Origin: Ginglymostoma cirratum
Taxonomy: Eukaryota
Direction of reading: 5' to 3'
Length of the DNA: 64,000 bases
Assembly: GCA_024137785.1 (NCBI GenBank)
Contig: JAHRHZ010000085.1
Coordinates: 13,723,272 to 13,787,271 of the forward strand
Shown in pieces: positions 39,127 to 53,100 of the stretch; positions within the stretch are counted from its first letter, which is position 1; each line of letters begins with the position of its first letter. The notes under the pieces are model-generated. The model had not been told where the DNA came from. It made no database searches and saw only the letters and a program-made list of their open reading frames with translations. The position numbers and the translations under genes are program-made.

Positions 39127-40919
39127 ACAGCTCCACCAACCTGTGACAAAGCTCTGTTAAATCTGATAGCTCCCTGTATGGTGGTAACTATGTAGCTTGG
39201 TCTTGTGGATTGATTGTGGCAAAGGATTGGAGTGTTCGACACTCCGGTAACAACCAACAGAAAATAAAAATCCCTGCCAGAAACAAAGTGAATGTGAAAT
39301 CAGGGTAATGGGCAGCCTGCAAATCAGATTAAGCTCTTCTCACTTGTACTGCAATCTATTCTGGCTCTTTAGATTTGGAAACTATCTAAATCTCAGCTGA
39401 TTTCAATGTGCATTCTGGATGTAAGTATTAAATTCAGACTGGAATTTTATTCCCAATGCAATTTGGAACAACTTGTTGACACAGCACCAGATTTTCTGCA
39501 GAATGGCTTTGTCTGTATATCAGTGCAGGATTTGGCAACTACATATGGCTCCAGACTTGTGACCATCGATATGATAGTTATTTTTCTGCATTCACATCAA
39601 GTGTACATTTCCTTGGGTGGACTTTCAGTGAATAACTGGTGGTGGGGATTGAGCTGGAAGAAGGGGTCTGCTTAATTCAAACTGATTCTTGCCTACTGGC
39701 AATTAGATTCTTAACGCTTAATCCCAGAAGAAGCTGTTGAGAACCTGAACCACGAGACCTTGGCAACAGGTCACAGCCAACTGCTGCAGACAGACATTCA
39801 GGAGGCCCTTGACTCCTGAACTCAGCTTGAATGTGGAGAAGGCAATTCTGTGGGAGCTTCACAGTATGGAATCAGGAAGCATGCCTCATCCTCAGCATCT
39901 CACAAAAGCAAAGTAGCAAACTTTTAACAAACAGCCTGAGGGTTTTAGTGGATAATGTCCTGACTTCTGGGCCGAAGGGCCTCCATTCAAGTCCATCTCA
40001 AGATGTGATGGCCACAGAGGTATCCATGCAACATGTCCAAGAAGGTTGATAGAAACATTTTTACAATGAACAGCCTTTTCCTGATCCTCATTCTACTTCA
40101 TTTGGCGTAAGGCTGTCAATCAACCCTAATGTGCCAATTTCAAAAAGGGCTTTGCTGTTTTCAGACAGGTGCCTTCACTTTTACAGTCAAAGCAACAGGT
40201 TCAAAGTGAAGACAGCGGGATCCAGTGAGTACATCCCTCAGTGTAACACTAACTCCCACGGGACTGGTAGGATTTAAATGCGCCTCAGATCGCAGTTGAA
40301 GGCGCGGCCAAGTTTATGTCTGATCTCACAGCTGCCATGTGTGGGCACCAGCTGACAAGAAGAATTTTGTGATCTTGCGGTCAGATAGAAAGCCAGCCAT
40401 TGCCAGCTGCGGATGTTTCCGAGTCAAGCAGCAAAAAGAACCACATAAATCACCAAGCATGATGCTCCTCAGGACCTAACAGGTAAAATCCACCCATCTC
40501 GGCCAACGGGCATCCAACATTATCTTTGTGATCAAATGTGATGTGCATGTTTGCAGCATTTCAAAGAAACTGTGTTCTGGATCTGGGTTCTGCTGGACAA
40601 CACCATCCTTACATTCAGAACGGTTCATGATGGCAGCAGAATTGCTTAGGCTGCCTGCAGTGGGAGCATGCAGTGCTGCAGTCTGTGCTCACACTGGAGC
40701 TGATTAATGGCACTGTTGTCATCTGCTCAAACACTAATCCATTTGAGCCCCACAACGTTTAAACAGACTCTCAGTAACTGCAACATTTGCACAGGCCTTG
40801 CTGGATATTGTCACCTTACACTTCACAAGGTACTTTCCTGATAATGACAACTCCACTCGAAGTTGTGGGCAATCATTTGGTTCACTGGGAATGCACTGCA
40901 ACCACTTTCTTCTAAAACG

Positions 40920-41150
40920 CATTCCAAAATGAGTGACTTGAGCAAGAACTTCAGGCTGATACTGAAGTAATGCTGCCTGTCGGATAAGAAAGAAAGGCTT
41001 TCCTTGTCTTTGCAAGACCCCCACAAAACTATTGTGAAGAGGAGCAGAGAGTTCTTCCCAATGCCCCAGCCAACATTCATCCCTCAGCTAATAAAACCAA
41101 ACCAGATGATCTGATCATTACTCTTGTGGTTTGTGGAACCTTGCTACGTC
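40920..41150 (+). mobile_element. Deu-domain SINE
   Basis: gaagaggagcagagagttcttcccaatgccccagccaacattcatccctca...cagatgatctgatcatta...tttgtggaaccttgct. Confidence 0.65.
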
Positions 41151-43978
41151 CACAAAGTCTTTCAATTTGTGCAAAGACTGCCTCAGTGATCCTGGCCAAA
41201 TCTGGCAACAATTGCAGCAGCAAACATTTGGGTGGTGAGACCTGACCTGCTGCACCTCGACTGTAACATTCCTCTAATATTCAGAGTCTAATTGGCTCCT
41301 GGTGACTCACTGTGTGCTCCAAGGATATTCCCCCTCATCAGGATTAAATCCTGTTGCTTCTTCAAGCTGCTTTGTGGATAGAGGCAGCTACGAGGGTGCC
41401 AACCCTCCTGCATTGTCCTAGAGTCTCCTGGAATTGCCAGTTATTCCCCTAGCTGCTGTCAAAATAATCATGTTGTCAGCTTTGCATCACTTTTATACAT
41501 CTCTGAAGACCTTACAGTCTGACCAATGACTGAAAAATCAATGTTACACGCATACTTGCTTCTCTTGACCATTGTAACAGCACATGGATGTTGCAAATAA
41601 AGGAGCTGAATACTTCAATCCTTCATTCTGTTGCATCCTGGTTTTGATTTTATCTAAATCTGTTCAGTTTTGACAATGCTGGTGACAACAGACACCCCTG
41701 AAGCTGCAGTAAAGGCAGACTGCTCATCCAACACTTGGAACATGTCACATACTGATCATCTTTTATTCCTGGCAGCACCAAACACTTCACTGAAGCCTTC
41801 AGTGAGTGACCTCATTTTGATCTTTCGACACTTCTGCTCTCTTAAGAATTGCTGCTCTCTCCTCTCGAGCCATTGCTGCAGTGTTACTGCTCCCCCGCCT
41901 ACTTTAGTATATCTCCCCTTGATGCTACAAGACCTGTCTATATTGAATTAACAAGATCCAAGTCGATTGGTGCAGAGGTTGGAAAGAGGAAGACAGCTGG
42001 TTGCTAGGGGCAGGCAACACTCATATTCTAAAGCAGACAACCTCCTAGCATCTTTTCCAGCAAAGTCTTATCTGTAAAGTTTCAGTTGCATGGGTGCAGC
42101 CCACTACTGCATGACTGCAGTATGTCGAGCAGGGCAGCTTGTTACAATCACTGCCGAAAGGATTGTAATGCAAACAGGCATTTCCTCAGGTCTGATTATC
42201 AGCTACTTATAGATTACCACTCGCAAAACTGTTTGGAAAACAGTCCGTAATTTTGGAGCTGAACATGTAAGTTTAAAAATAAAGTTTGCAAACCTTGACA
42301 TAAATTACTAATGTAATGATTTTAGCTACTGAGAAATAATGACCAAGCACACAGTGATATGCAGGCAGAGGCTCCTAATCAAAATATGCAGTTTCTTATT
42401 ATCATTTGTTATTATTTTTATGTTATTTAACATATTTATAAACTAATCACTTCACTGGAGAGGTATTTTCGAAAAGCCCAAGTAGGTTCTGACTTCAGTA
42501 CACTCAATGACTTCCTACACGCAAATGACTGAATCCAATCTTCACATGGGCTTCTTCTGGTTACCATTATTGAACTCATTTCTCGATATCATGAGACAAG
42601 TTGGATTTATTATCAAATGGTTCTGAAGGAGGAGGAGGTGACTTCTCAGGAAATCTACAATCAGTTTGAGAGGTTAAAATCTCAGTTCACTCCTTTGGTT
42701 TACAGCCAAAATGTGAGCCTGGATAAACCTCATTTCCATCTCACAAAAAGTGACAACAGTAAGACAGCAACTCAAGTAAATACATAATGGGTTGAATGGT
42801 CTCCTTCTGTAGTAACAGTCTGAGAAATGAGCTCTTACCCAAAATTACCTGGGGTCTAGAATTGTGTGATCAACGAGTTTTTAGCAGAGGTTTGTTCAAC
42901 TCGAACCTGAGGTTGGATTTGTTCTTCCTGTTGGAGTGCATGGTTTCATTTTACGAACTGCCTAGATTATATGAAATCTATAAACAAGGTAGATCGCAAT
43001 TTAAACAAAGTTCATCTTCAGGCTGTTGTTCCTTCAATCTGGCGTTCACGCCTGGTACATCCTGGAGATTAGGTCACATCTTGGGAGATGGCCTTCCCTC
43101 CTGGATATTAAGTTCAGACTGCTTCTCTTTCCATTTCAAAGTCTTTGAGTTAAGCCACAAGGCTGCTGGTCAGTTTGGGTCTCGTACCACTGCTAGGAAG
43201 TGTGAATCCCATGCTTGGCTGCATCGTGCCTGTTTTTAACATCTGTTTCATTCGTTGTACTTGGGATAGAGTTGTCTCATCGCTGGCTTTCATCCAGATA
43301 TCTCTATTGCCAGTGCCAGGTGGTGTGGAGCAAGGACAATTGAGAGAATAATCCTTTCCAATAGGTTTCCACTACTTACCTTAAACTGAACATTGATGTG
43401 AATACAAGTCTCGTTTAGAATTGCTAGCTATAACTTGCCTACTGTGGGGGGTCTAACATACCATACTGGAGATTATCAAGCCACCCATTCCTCCTCTCCC
43501 CATCATAATCAGGCTCATCTGTTTTTGATCAGATTTGTAGGGTTGCTGCATCCTTCCAAATGCTGCTTCTATTGTTCCCACTGCACCCATGACTCCTGGT
43601 ACTAACGGAGGCTCCAGTGCTCCACTCTGTTATTATTAAAGACATCGTATGATCTCATTCTAATTGCAGTCTTTGTCCCAGGGAAAGTACTCCACAGCAT
43701 CAATCCCACAGCTGTGCTGAGTGGATCTGAACTACGGCAGGAACACTGTGGGACATGTGCGCTAACACGTGGCTCACTCACAATAAAGCAGTGACTTTAT
43801 CCACTGGCTCATTTGATCAGCTCCTCTACTGACACACAAGATTAATTCATAAGCCTCTTGTAAGCTGCAACAGGAACAAGAGAAAGCTGTGTTTCATTTT
43901 GTTACCCCTCTCTGCTTTCTGCAGCTTGAAAGAGATATTGTTTGTTTTTGTAACGTAATCCATAAGCTGGCCAGTTCG

Positions 43979-44258
43979 TAGAATCATAGAATCCCTATAG
44001 TGCAGATAGAGGCCACTTAGCCCATAGAGACTGCACCGGCCCTTCAAAGAGCATCCCACCTGAACCCACCTTGTCCCCATAAACCTGCATTTCCCATGGT
44101 TAACCCATCTAGCCTGCACAATCCTGGACATTACAGTGCAATTTAGCATAGGCAATCCATCTAACCTGCACACATTCGGACTGTGGGAGGAAACCGGAGC
44201 ACCCGGTGGAAAACCACAGAAACGGGGAGGGGAATGTGCAAACTCCACACAGGCAGTC
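43979..44258 (-). mobile_element. HE1-like V-SINE (tRNA-derived, elasmobranch)
   Basis: Reverse V-domain ggactgtgggaggaaaccggagcacccgg...gtgcaaactccacacag and CR1-like tail tagaatcatagaatc. Confidence 0.88.
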
Positions 44259-45349
44259 ATACAGACTTGCAAGTGCTTACCTTTATCTGATGCCTGTCCA
44301 CAGGAGTGTAGCTAAGATCTGGTGTTCAGCAATGTGCTGGAATCAAACTTGCATGTCAGTACTGGAGTTTTCAATGACTCCAGCGTCTCAAACTTTCCCT
44401 TCAACAGAAAGTTGGGAGTGAAAGGCTGCCATCTTCAGCACTCAATACTAACTTTTTGTATTTGTTAGCTAATTTCCTGTGGCATTGCTCACAGAGTGCC
44501 AGGAGGACGTACCAGGTCAGGGACTCCATGCTGTGTAATGCATGAAGTATTGTATTTGTGAAGCTTAAACAGAATATAGTTTAAGGATACAAACTCTTAA
44601 CCATTGTTAACATTGGGCACATTAGGACAGGTGTCAGCTAAAAAGCTGCTGTTAAGTAAACACAGTGAAATCATGCAATAGTTCAACTGAAAGATAAGGC
44701 ATTTTAAATTGTGGTTTAAAAACCTCTGTGGAGTTTCAAGCAATTTTGGTTCATGTGCAGAAATCACAAGAAAATCAAATTTGACAGATCTGCAAAATTG
44801 AAAGTTTGAGCTCTTCATTCTCTGTATCAATATCCTAAACCTTTGATGATTCAACATTGTAACTGGAGAAGGGAGTCCAATCTCCCAAAGAAATTCAATA
44901 ATAAACCATATATGGTCAAATTCACCAATGTTAGTTATTGTTATATTATTGAATAACTACTATAACAAGGAACAGGAATTCATATGATAAACATGCCTTC
45001 CGAATAGAACAAAATAGAAAGGCCGAAGAGACCATGAAAACAAGGAAGAGTACTTAACAGTTGGTCACATCTACATTGTACAAAGTTACACTGAATGATA
45101 TATTAGCCCAGATTGTCTCAGTTCCGAATTGCCAGAGACCGGATGCACAACCCAAGATGTGTGGGCTCCTGCAAAGTTCCCAATGTGCTGAATTTCACAG
45201 AAATTTTCCAGGAAGTCTGAACTTCCAATGGGCATTTTCCCTCCTCTCCAGGATCCTCCAACAAAAATTTCCAGCTCTGAGTTTGAGTTAAGTCTGATAT
45301 ACTTACCTAGATTTTTGCCCAGAAAATGTGTAACTCCTGGCTAACTTCA

Positions 45350-45890
45350 GAACTGAACCCCAATCAAGCATAATGCCACCGCTACTCAACAACCTATCCA
45401 AACCCTGGCCTGAGCTGACTTATACCCACCATCACACAACCCCTCTGATCAATCTGATTAACCCTTAGCCCTAATCACCCAACGGGCCTCTGAGCCAACC
45501 ATCCTCACTAGCCACCCCATGATCTGACTTGGCTAAGCCTGATCTCCCGACCCGACTAACCAATGCTGACTGGGCTACTTCCGGCAACCTGAATACACTC
45601 TCGCCCCAAACCCTTCCCCTCCACTCTGATCTTGCCTAATCAGCACCAATGACCCAGGTACCAGCCTGGCCTCCCCACCCCAGTCCTCTCTGGCGACTCC
45701 TAGACACCACACTGCCCCCCACCCCCGACCCCAATCCAGCGTGGACTAGCCCCACCAACCAACTAACACTTGAATTCCTTCACCCACTTGTCATCCGACT
45801 CACCTTGTCCCCTTACCTCATTCTGGTGCCAGTCTTACCACTCTACCCTCCTTGCCACTCAACCAAATACATTCCCACTAGCCACTGAAG
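45350..45890. repeat. C-rich low-complexity tract
   Basis: Strong C/A skew with recurring ccgac/ctgac/cacc words and no clean period. Confidence 0.55.
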
Positions 45891-46016
45891 CTTACCATAT
45901 GACAGCTAGGGCTGTGAAAGAGGCATGCCTTCTGTGTTAATCATCTTGGGTGATTCCTGCACTGAGTACATTCTTCTGACTCTGTAGCAGAAGATAGAAC
46001 CGGCTGCATGATAGAA

Positions 46017-46942
46017 GTTCAGTTTTCTGACTGATTAGAGTTAGGCGCAACCATTCCAGCACTGATCAGAAAATTTGGACTATATCACATATAAATTCTT
46101 CCATTACTTTTTTTACACAGGTCTCCTTTATTCTAATTGTTACATACTATTTTATATTTATTTACGTATTTATATTAAAGAACTGAAGGGCTATGAAGTA
46201 CCTACAACAGACAAGTCTTGTCTCGTCCCTCTCACGAATACAATGTGTAAACTTCAGTACAATGTGTAAACTTCAGTACAATGTGCAAGATGCTAATGAT
46301 GAATTTTGTGTCCTTGCAAATGAGACCGATGTCACTTCAGCAACCACAGGGATGATAAAAAGATTTACTTCTCACTATCAACTTTTATAAAGGGGCCTTA
46401 ACACCACTCGAGGAATCTTTGATGTGGTCACCGTTGCTGACCTGTAATGATCTCTTAATCTCTGAGAGATAGTTGATTTTAACCCTGCCTTCCTTATGGA
46501 ATGCAGGCAGTTAAAATTACACTAGAAATATTTCAGTGCTCCATGTCAGTTCTTTTGCTTTTGTTTATACTGTTTTTCTAACCAACCTGTCAGAGCTGCT
46601 ATTACACACTTTTGCAGGAGGTGGGACTTGAAACCCACATCTCTTGGCCACTCTGTCAGTTTTGATTCAAGGCAGAAACCAAGACACCTTTCCTCTCGTT
46701 AATAAGTTTATTAACTATGCAGTCTTACTATTCCTTCTACACACCAGTCCCATCAATTCCTTCTTTATACCTAAGCAGTCAATTAATTAATCAATTAACC
46801 ATAATCACCTCCTTAACTACTTGCTATTTTAACATTCCAAGGCTTAGGGCTCTTGTGGTGCAATTTATATGTGATATAGTCCAAATTTTCCAATCAGTGC
46901 TGTTATAGTTGTGCCTAACTCTAATCAGTCAGAAAACTGAAC
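46017..46942. repeat. Inverted repeat, 81-bp arms (46017-46097 and 46862-46942)
   Basis: Manual alignment gives 6 mismatches in 81 bp. The match extends across an indel to 46002 and 46964. Confidence 0.92.
46239..46285. repeat. 19-bp tandem repeat, ~2.5 units
   Basis: tacaatgtgtaaacttcag x2 plus tacaatgtg. Confidence 0.9.
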
Positions 46943-47065
46943 GTATATCAGGTCACATGCAGCCAGGTAATGTCCCTACCCCTGGTCTGAGGGGCCTGGG
47001 TTCAAGCCCCATCTGCTCTAGATGTGTATAATAACATCTCTGAACAGGTTGATTAGAAAGATAGA
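46846..47065 (+). mobile_element. Short tRNA-derived SINE, interrupted at 46862-46964
   Basis: gggctcttgtggtgc[insert]ggtaatgtccctacc...gggttcaagcccc (B box)...gaacaggttgattagaaa. A diverged inverse copy lies at ~46570-46650. Confidence 0.65.
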
Positions 47066-47415
47066 TTAAAAGAAGAAAAACAAATTCCAAGGCCTCACAA
47101 GGAAATTTCGTCCCTTTCCTACCGCAAGCTTCCCCCATGACTTCTGATGAACTCTAATGCCCTATTTCCAGGGTAGTTACATTCAGCTAACACGAATGAA
47201 ATCTCCCCAGTCTTGTGCTATGGATTTGAACTCCACTGGCACACACCAGATTGCTTACGAAGGAGTGAGAGATCAGGCTTTTGCCAGAGGACCCCTGTTT
47301 TTGGGAAGTCTATTTCTCTCTTCCCAACCTTTGTGGTGGGGCAATAGGGACTGTGACTGCACAAAGTATAATCAGTTTAAAGTTAGGGTAAGCAGTGATG
47401 GGATTGATCTCTCTT

Positions 47416-47422
<7 letters not shown>

Positions 47423-47452
<30 letters not shown>
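47423..47452. repeat. (CA)15 microsatellite
   Basis: Perfect CA run preceded by a short CT tract. Confidence 0.97.
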
Positions 47453-47454
<2 letters not shown>

Positions 47455-47564
47455 GTTAGGTCAAGGGAATAAACTAGGAACACTGCCTTCAGCTCCCACT
47501 GGCACCTCACATTCAACATGAACTTTACAGGACCTACTTTTTTGGGATTGAACAATGGTCCATT

Positions 47565-48370
47565 TTTAGAAACACAGAACGGTTACAGAATAAGAGGTAG
47601 ACATTTGGCCCAGGGGCTCAATGCCAGCTCTCCGCAAGAACAATTTAGCGAGTTCCACATATCCGCCCTTTCCCCACATTCTGACTAATGCTTTCCCTTC
47701 AAAATGCTTAGCTAATAGTCTTTTGAAAGTTGCAGTCAAATCCGGCTCCATTCATAAACACTCACTACGAAGAAAGAAATTTCTCACCTGTCACCCCCGG
47801 TTCTTTTGACAATCTCCTTAAAACTATGTTCTCTGGTTCTAAGCCGTTCTGCCAAAGGGAATATTTCTGTCTGGTCTCTTCATGATTTTGAACACTGCCA
47901 AAGCTTCATCAACCCTCTCATTTCTAATGAGAGCAATCAGAGTGTCTCCAACCTTTTAACAAGTTGATGTAGTTGCCCATCGCTTGAATTGTTCCGGTAA
48001 ATCATCTTCGGCACACTTTAGGAGGGATGTGGAGGCCTTACAAATTGTGGCCAAAACGAGACATAATACCCCTTTAAGGCCAGGCCAGCGATCTGTCCAA
48101 GATTATCATGATTTCCCAGTTTTTTGTACCAGAAACGACTATTTATGAAGCCCATGGTATCAAATGCATTTTTCACCACTTTCTGAATCTGTATTGTCAC
48201 TTTGATAATTTATGCACAGAAACTGCCAGATCTCTCTTTCCCAGGTATTTTGATTAAAAAAAAGGCCCTAAATTTATATTGTCTCTCCTGTTCTTCCCAC
48301 AATAATCTCTCTCCTTGTAATTCTCTTGTTAAATTTCATCTGCCATATGTCCACCCATTCCACCAGTCTG
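47565..48370 (-). mobile_element. Old CR1-clade LINE fragment
   Basis: Tail ttagaaacacagaacggttacag and decayed ORF2 ('QIQKVVKNAFDTMGFINS', 'YVSFWPQ'). Confidence 0.7.
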
Positions 48371-50039
48371 TTCACGGCCAGTTGAAATCTGTCAACTGGT
48401 AATAATCAAGAGCACAGGTTACAGACCATCCACTGATTCCTGACAGAGAACTGTTTGGATTCTTGACTGAGAACTGTCAGCAGGATGATGTAGCTGTTGC
48501 CTAATGGTGTTAAATTGCAGTTTATCCTTTATAATAAAGGATTATCGCCACTGTATGGAATTCCAATTAATTTGACAGGAAGTAGGTTAACAAACTGGAA
48601 CACGATGACTTCCAAAACTGTACTGTTAAAGATCATTCTGTTCTCTTACGCTCTCCTCTCCCCCTGTGTACTCAATACATACGGCTGCCACAATACAAAT
48701 GATTGTCCACATCTTGCTCTGTTCGCCACATACTACTGCCACAGCAAGCATCACTGCTTGGTATTCCCTGGACTATCACTAGGAGATGGTATGCTCGAGT
48801 ACATTCAGATCATAGTCCCTGGCCTGGTCACCCAGAAGGTAAACACTTAGTCCTGAAAGCAGACATGTATTTGATTAATTCCAGGAAATAACTAATTCTG
48901 GCTCATTTTTAAGGAAAACTCTGAGGGGGGAGGTTTAGATGGAATAGGTACTGCCTTGATTTCTTGATATTTTTAAAAATATCAACCTAGATTGTGCTCA
49001 AGTCTCTGAGAGTCACAAACTCACATCAGGTTTCATTCTGAAGCTTGAGGCGTAGAACATGTGGAAGATTCACTCAACCTGTTCTGTTCAGGTAATGGAT
49101 GGTAGAGAGATGTAGTCAAGAGGTTCCTGGGCTACTGCTCCTGGTAACCCAATCAGGCCAGATGACATTTGAATATGCCGGTGCTTAATAACTGAACTTA
49201 GTCAATGATAAACTCCTCCTGCATTATTCATTCAACCCTCCAATTCATTATCAGGAATGCTTGACAATCATGCATTATTCTGAATGGGTCACGATGCCCT
49301 CACTTACCAAGTATCTTCTGTGTTGCTATGACATTCTCTCTTCATGACAGAATAATCTACTTCAGATGGCCCAAATATTTCCACGCTCAGTACAGAGAGA
49401 AGGAACGGTCAATAATCATTAAACAATGTGTGGGAGACGCGGACAAGAGATGAGTAGAGTGATTTTATCCATGTTATTTAAAATACGGAGTCAAAAATTT
49501 TAAATTCACCCGACACACTTTATTGAATCATATTGCCATTTTGTGGAATCAGAACAATGGTGGCACACTCGACAAACTGGAAAAATGAAATCAAATATAA
49601 CTAAGCTAAGTCAATTCAGATAAACAAATGGGCCTATTGCCAGAGGACCTTGAATGTTGCTACATGTCTTCTTTTCCATATCAAGAGGTAAGTGAGACAA
49701 CCCATTTCTTCCAATAACATCCATCCAGCAAATCATTCTCTATTTTTGTTTCCATAACAACCTTTTTCACATGGGCAGGACATTTTTGAAAAGGTTCAGT
49801 GTCAAACTGTATTTGGTTAGGTTCCTGTGAGGTGAAATGAGATATGTTGCTACTTGAAAGGTGCCAAAAACTTAGTTCCCTGGTCACCACTTCTATCTCC
49901 AGCTGCCTGAAGCTGAACCAGAGCCTCTTGCAACCCTCCTCCTCTGATATTCCTTAAAATCTTACTCTTTGTGTAAGGTTCTGAACATCTGTCCTGATAC
50001 CTCCCCTTGTAGACTGGTGCCAAAAGGTTTAAGTCCATC

Positions 50040-50175
50040 AGATCATAAGAAATAGGAACAGAAGTAGGCCATTTGGCCCCTTGAGCCTGCTCTGCTATTC
50101 AACAGGACCGTGGCTGATGAGATACTGCTTACATCCTATTTCTTGCCCTTTCCCCTTTATTTCCCCTACTGATCA
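50040..50175 (-). mobile_element. CR1 extreme 3' end
   Basis: cataagaaataggaacagaagtaggccatttggccccttgagcctgctc. Confidence 0.72.
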
Positions 50176-53100
50176 ATTCATAAAACCCGTGTTAAGTGTT
50201 TTGGGATGTTTTGCTATGTCTAAATGCAGTTAGCCTGGGTAACCAGGGTAGTTAGTTGAAATCCTTTTATCTTGTTTCCTTCAGACTGGCTTGCTGGCTT
50301 CTAGCACTGACAGCAAGGGACTCTTTTACCTGAAACACAGGGATGAATAGTGGTTAGATCTTGGACTGTGACCTTCCCAGAAATAACAGTACTCAAATCC
50401 AAGCTTACATATGAATAACTCAGCACAGTGGCACCTGCCAACTCCTCAGTTCACCTTCTTTCATTAGTACACCTGGACTAGGGTTGAACTGGCTTTTAAA
50501 CTCTGTTCTTGTGTAGTCTTGAAAGGGGAAGACATAAAACATGTCTCTCATCCAGGCTGCTGTTTGTTTTTCTCCCATTATGTTCACAGTTTGCAATAAC
50601 ACCCAGGAGATTACAGTTCAGTTTTGTAGTGCATTTTCTCCATGCTAAGTCCATCCCTTTGAAGCATTCTTGACACTTCATCACTTATGATATTCCAGAG
50701 TCTGTCCCTCTCCAGACAGCCCCTGAATCTGCATCTTAAGTCATTCTGGCTATATCAGTCCGCTTTAAAAAAAAACACATGCCAGAATTAAAGTTTTTGT
50801 GTTCATAGGTGATCTGGTGTTAAGGCCAAAGGTCATGACAGCGGATATGACGCAGAGCAATGAAAGCGTCTCATCCAACTCAAAGCCTGCATTTCAGTCA
50901 CAATACCATCATCTTTGTACTTCCTCAGAGGGAGATTGCAGGAGAAGATATAAAACAATAAATTCAATTCCATGTAGCAGCAGCAGTCAGAGAGGACCAT
51001 GTGTCAGAACATGGCTACCTTATGTTGCGAAGTGTTCTTTTAAAATGTTGATTTTAAATGTTGCACTTGGCAAGGTGTTGGGTAATGACTGTTGCTGTCC
51101 AGAACTGATTATGGCGTACCGTCTGATGTTTGGAATTTTAGGGCAGGCGTGTGTCTTCTGTTATTCCTGCACTCACCATGATCTACTTGAGTGGCAAGGT
51201 CCTGCTGTTTGTTTACTTGCAAGAACAGAAACCACTGAAATATACTGCCCTAGTGACGATGTCTCCTTGCCATATCTCCCTCAAATGCAGTGTGCTTCCT
51301 GCTGTAAACACAGGTTGCTTCTAATCACATTTTCACATCGTTCATTCAGTTGGTCAGAGCATTTTCACTAGATCTCAAATTGTAAAAATAGCTAGCACAG
51401 CGTGCAGCAAACTAGACTGCCACTTATATTTTATGAACAGAAAGAAAGGACTCAGATACTAGGCCCCAAAGCGGGCCCGAATAACAGAGAAAACATCAGA
51501 AGTAGGATTTTCAATTTCAGTTTATACCTCCTATCCTCAAGATGTATAGTATTTACAGCACAGGAGCAGGTCACTGAAACTAAACGGGGATTTGTACTCC
51601 ATGCAAGCCTCCTCTCACTTATTTTATACCATCTGAGCAATGCCACTTCCTAGTCCTTTTGTTTTTCTGGACATTATCCTTCTCGTCTCTTCACCAAATA
51701 CACTGTCGATATATTTGAGGTTTAGAATATTGACAGAGGACAAAGGGCTGTTCCCAAGTTCAACTTTCTTTCATTTTTGAGACAGTTAATATCTCCTGGA
51801 CTTATCACTGGCAGGCACTCGACACTCTACGACAGCCTCCTCTCATTTTTGGTTGATCAGCATCTCTCACCTTGTGGAGCTAGCCTGCTGTTTACCCTGT
51901 GGTCTCGCATTTACACAGAGCCTTTTATGACTTCAGGATGTTCCAAAGTGCTTTTACACCCATTAAAGTACTGTCGAGGTGTAGACCATGTTGTAACGTA
52001 GAAGTCAGGGCCTCTCTCTTTCCAGGCCTGTATTCAAATGGTCTCGAATTTCTACTCCTCCTCCTCCTCACCTCAAAAGCACAAAGCCTAAGTGATCAAG
52101 ACCAAGTTCACAGAACTGACAGAATACCAGACCTCAAAACGCAGGAAACACTGGGGCCTGGGTTATTAGAGAAAACAAGTGCATCCAGCATAGATTGTTT
52201 CTGTCCTCTCATACATTCTGTGTCATCATGTCTCAGACACTTAGAGGGGTGTGCGTGCAAATTACTGGCAACAAGTTAGATCAAAGTTCATATTCAATGG
52301 AGAGTAACAAGTTACACAAAAAGAAGCTCTTTAAAAAATATGTTTTGGGCTTTCATTGTAGCTTTCTCACGCTTATTGAGGGAACTAAAGAATAAGGTTG
52401 AAAATACCCTGTGCACTGTCTTTGAAATGAATGTAAGTATGTTTTCCAGAGTGTGAGAGATAGAGAAAAACCCTAGCCTGCAGTTCACTGGGTTACTCAT
52501 CATTCCCATCTAAACACACAAATTATCAGGCAAGAGTTTGTTTTGTGTGCTGTCCCTACTCATTTTCATATTTTAAACACAAAGTTAGCTGCAGGATCAG
52601 CATGAGTGACTCAACAAGTTGCCTTTTTTTCATGTCGGAATGTCAGCTAGACAACGTAACTCAATGGTTTTGTTCAGTTGCGATTAAGATTCACAAAATA
52701 AATTAAAACTTGCGAAAATAAAATGTGAAGTGCAGAATCTGAGCTATTGATTAGATATTTATGAGCAGGCAAAGCATGACTGCAGAAACAGAGAGAGACA
52801 TGCAGATGAGAGAGGCAGCTCTTCACATTAGAGTTAGAATTCAGTATTTGTCAGGAACACCACTGTTAAAGATTTAGTTGAATTTACTTGCAAATAAAAT
52901 GTCTTCTGGTGATATCTCGTGATTTTAGACAGTGGACATTTCAGCACAGTATCAAGTTTACTCCATTCATACAGGAGAAACATATAAATAACGCGTGACT
53001 TGACAGATTCTAGTCATGAGGTTTATTCAGACTTAAAATTAAAGACAGTATTGTATTGCTCTCCACTACACAGACTTCCCAATTTTGCAACGCACACAGG

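Noticed and set aside
41390-41460. Possible hAT-type MITE terminus (agggtgccaaccctcc)
   Set aside because: I found no matching opposite terminus or TSD.
46239-46285. CRISPR-like or functional repeat array
   Set aside because: This is a simple 19-bp tandem duplication without spacers, in a vertebrate genome.
49681-49890. Minus-strand ORF containing DTEPF, a pentapeptide also found in GNAO1 exon 4
   Set aside because: The surrounding residues do not match Galpha-o and it lies upstream of exon 3, so the match is coincidental.
50799-51371. 190-aa Cys-rich ORF
   Set aside because: Non-ATG start, no recognisable motif spacing or homology, and compatible with a chance ORF in intronic DNA.
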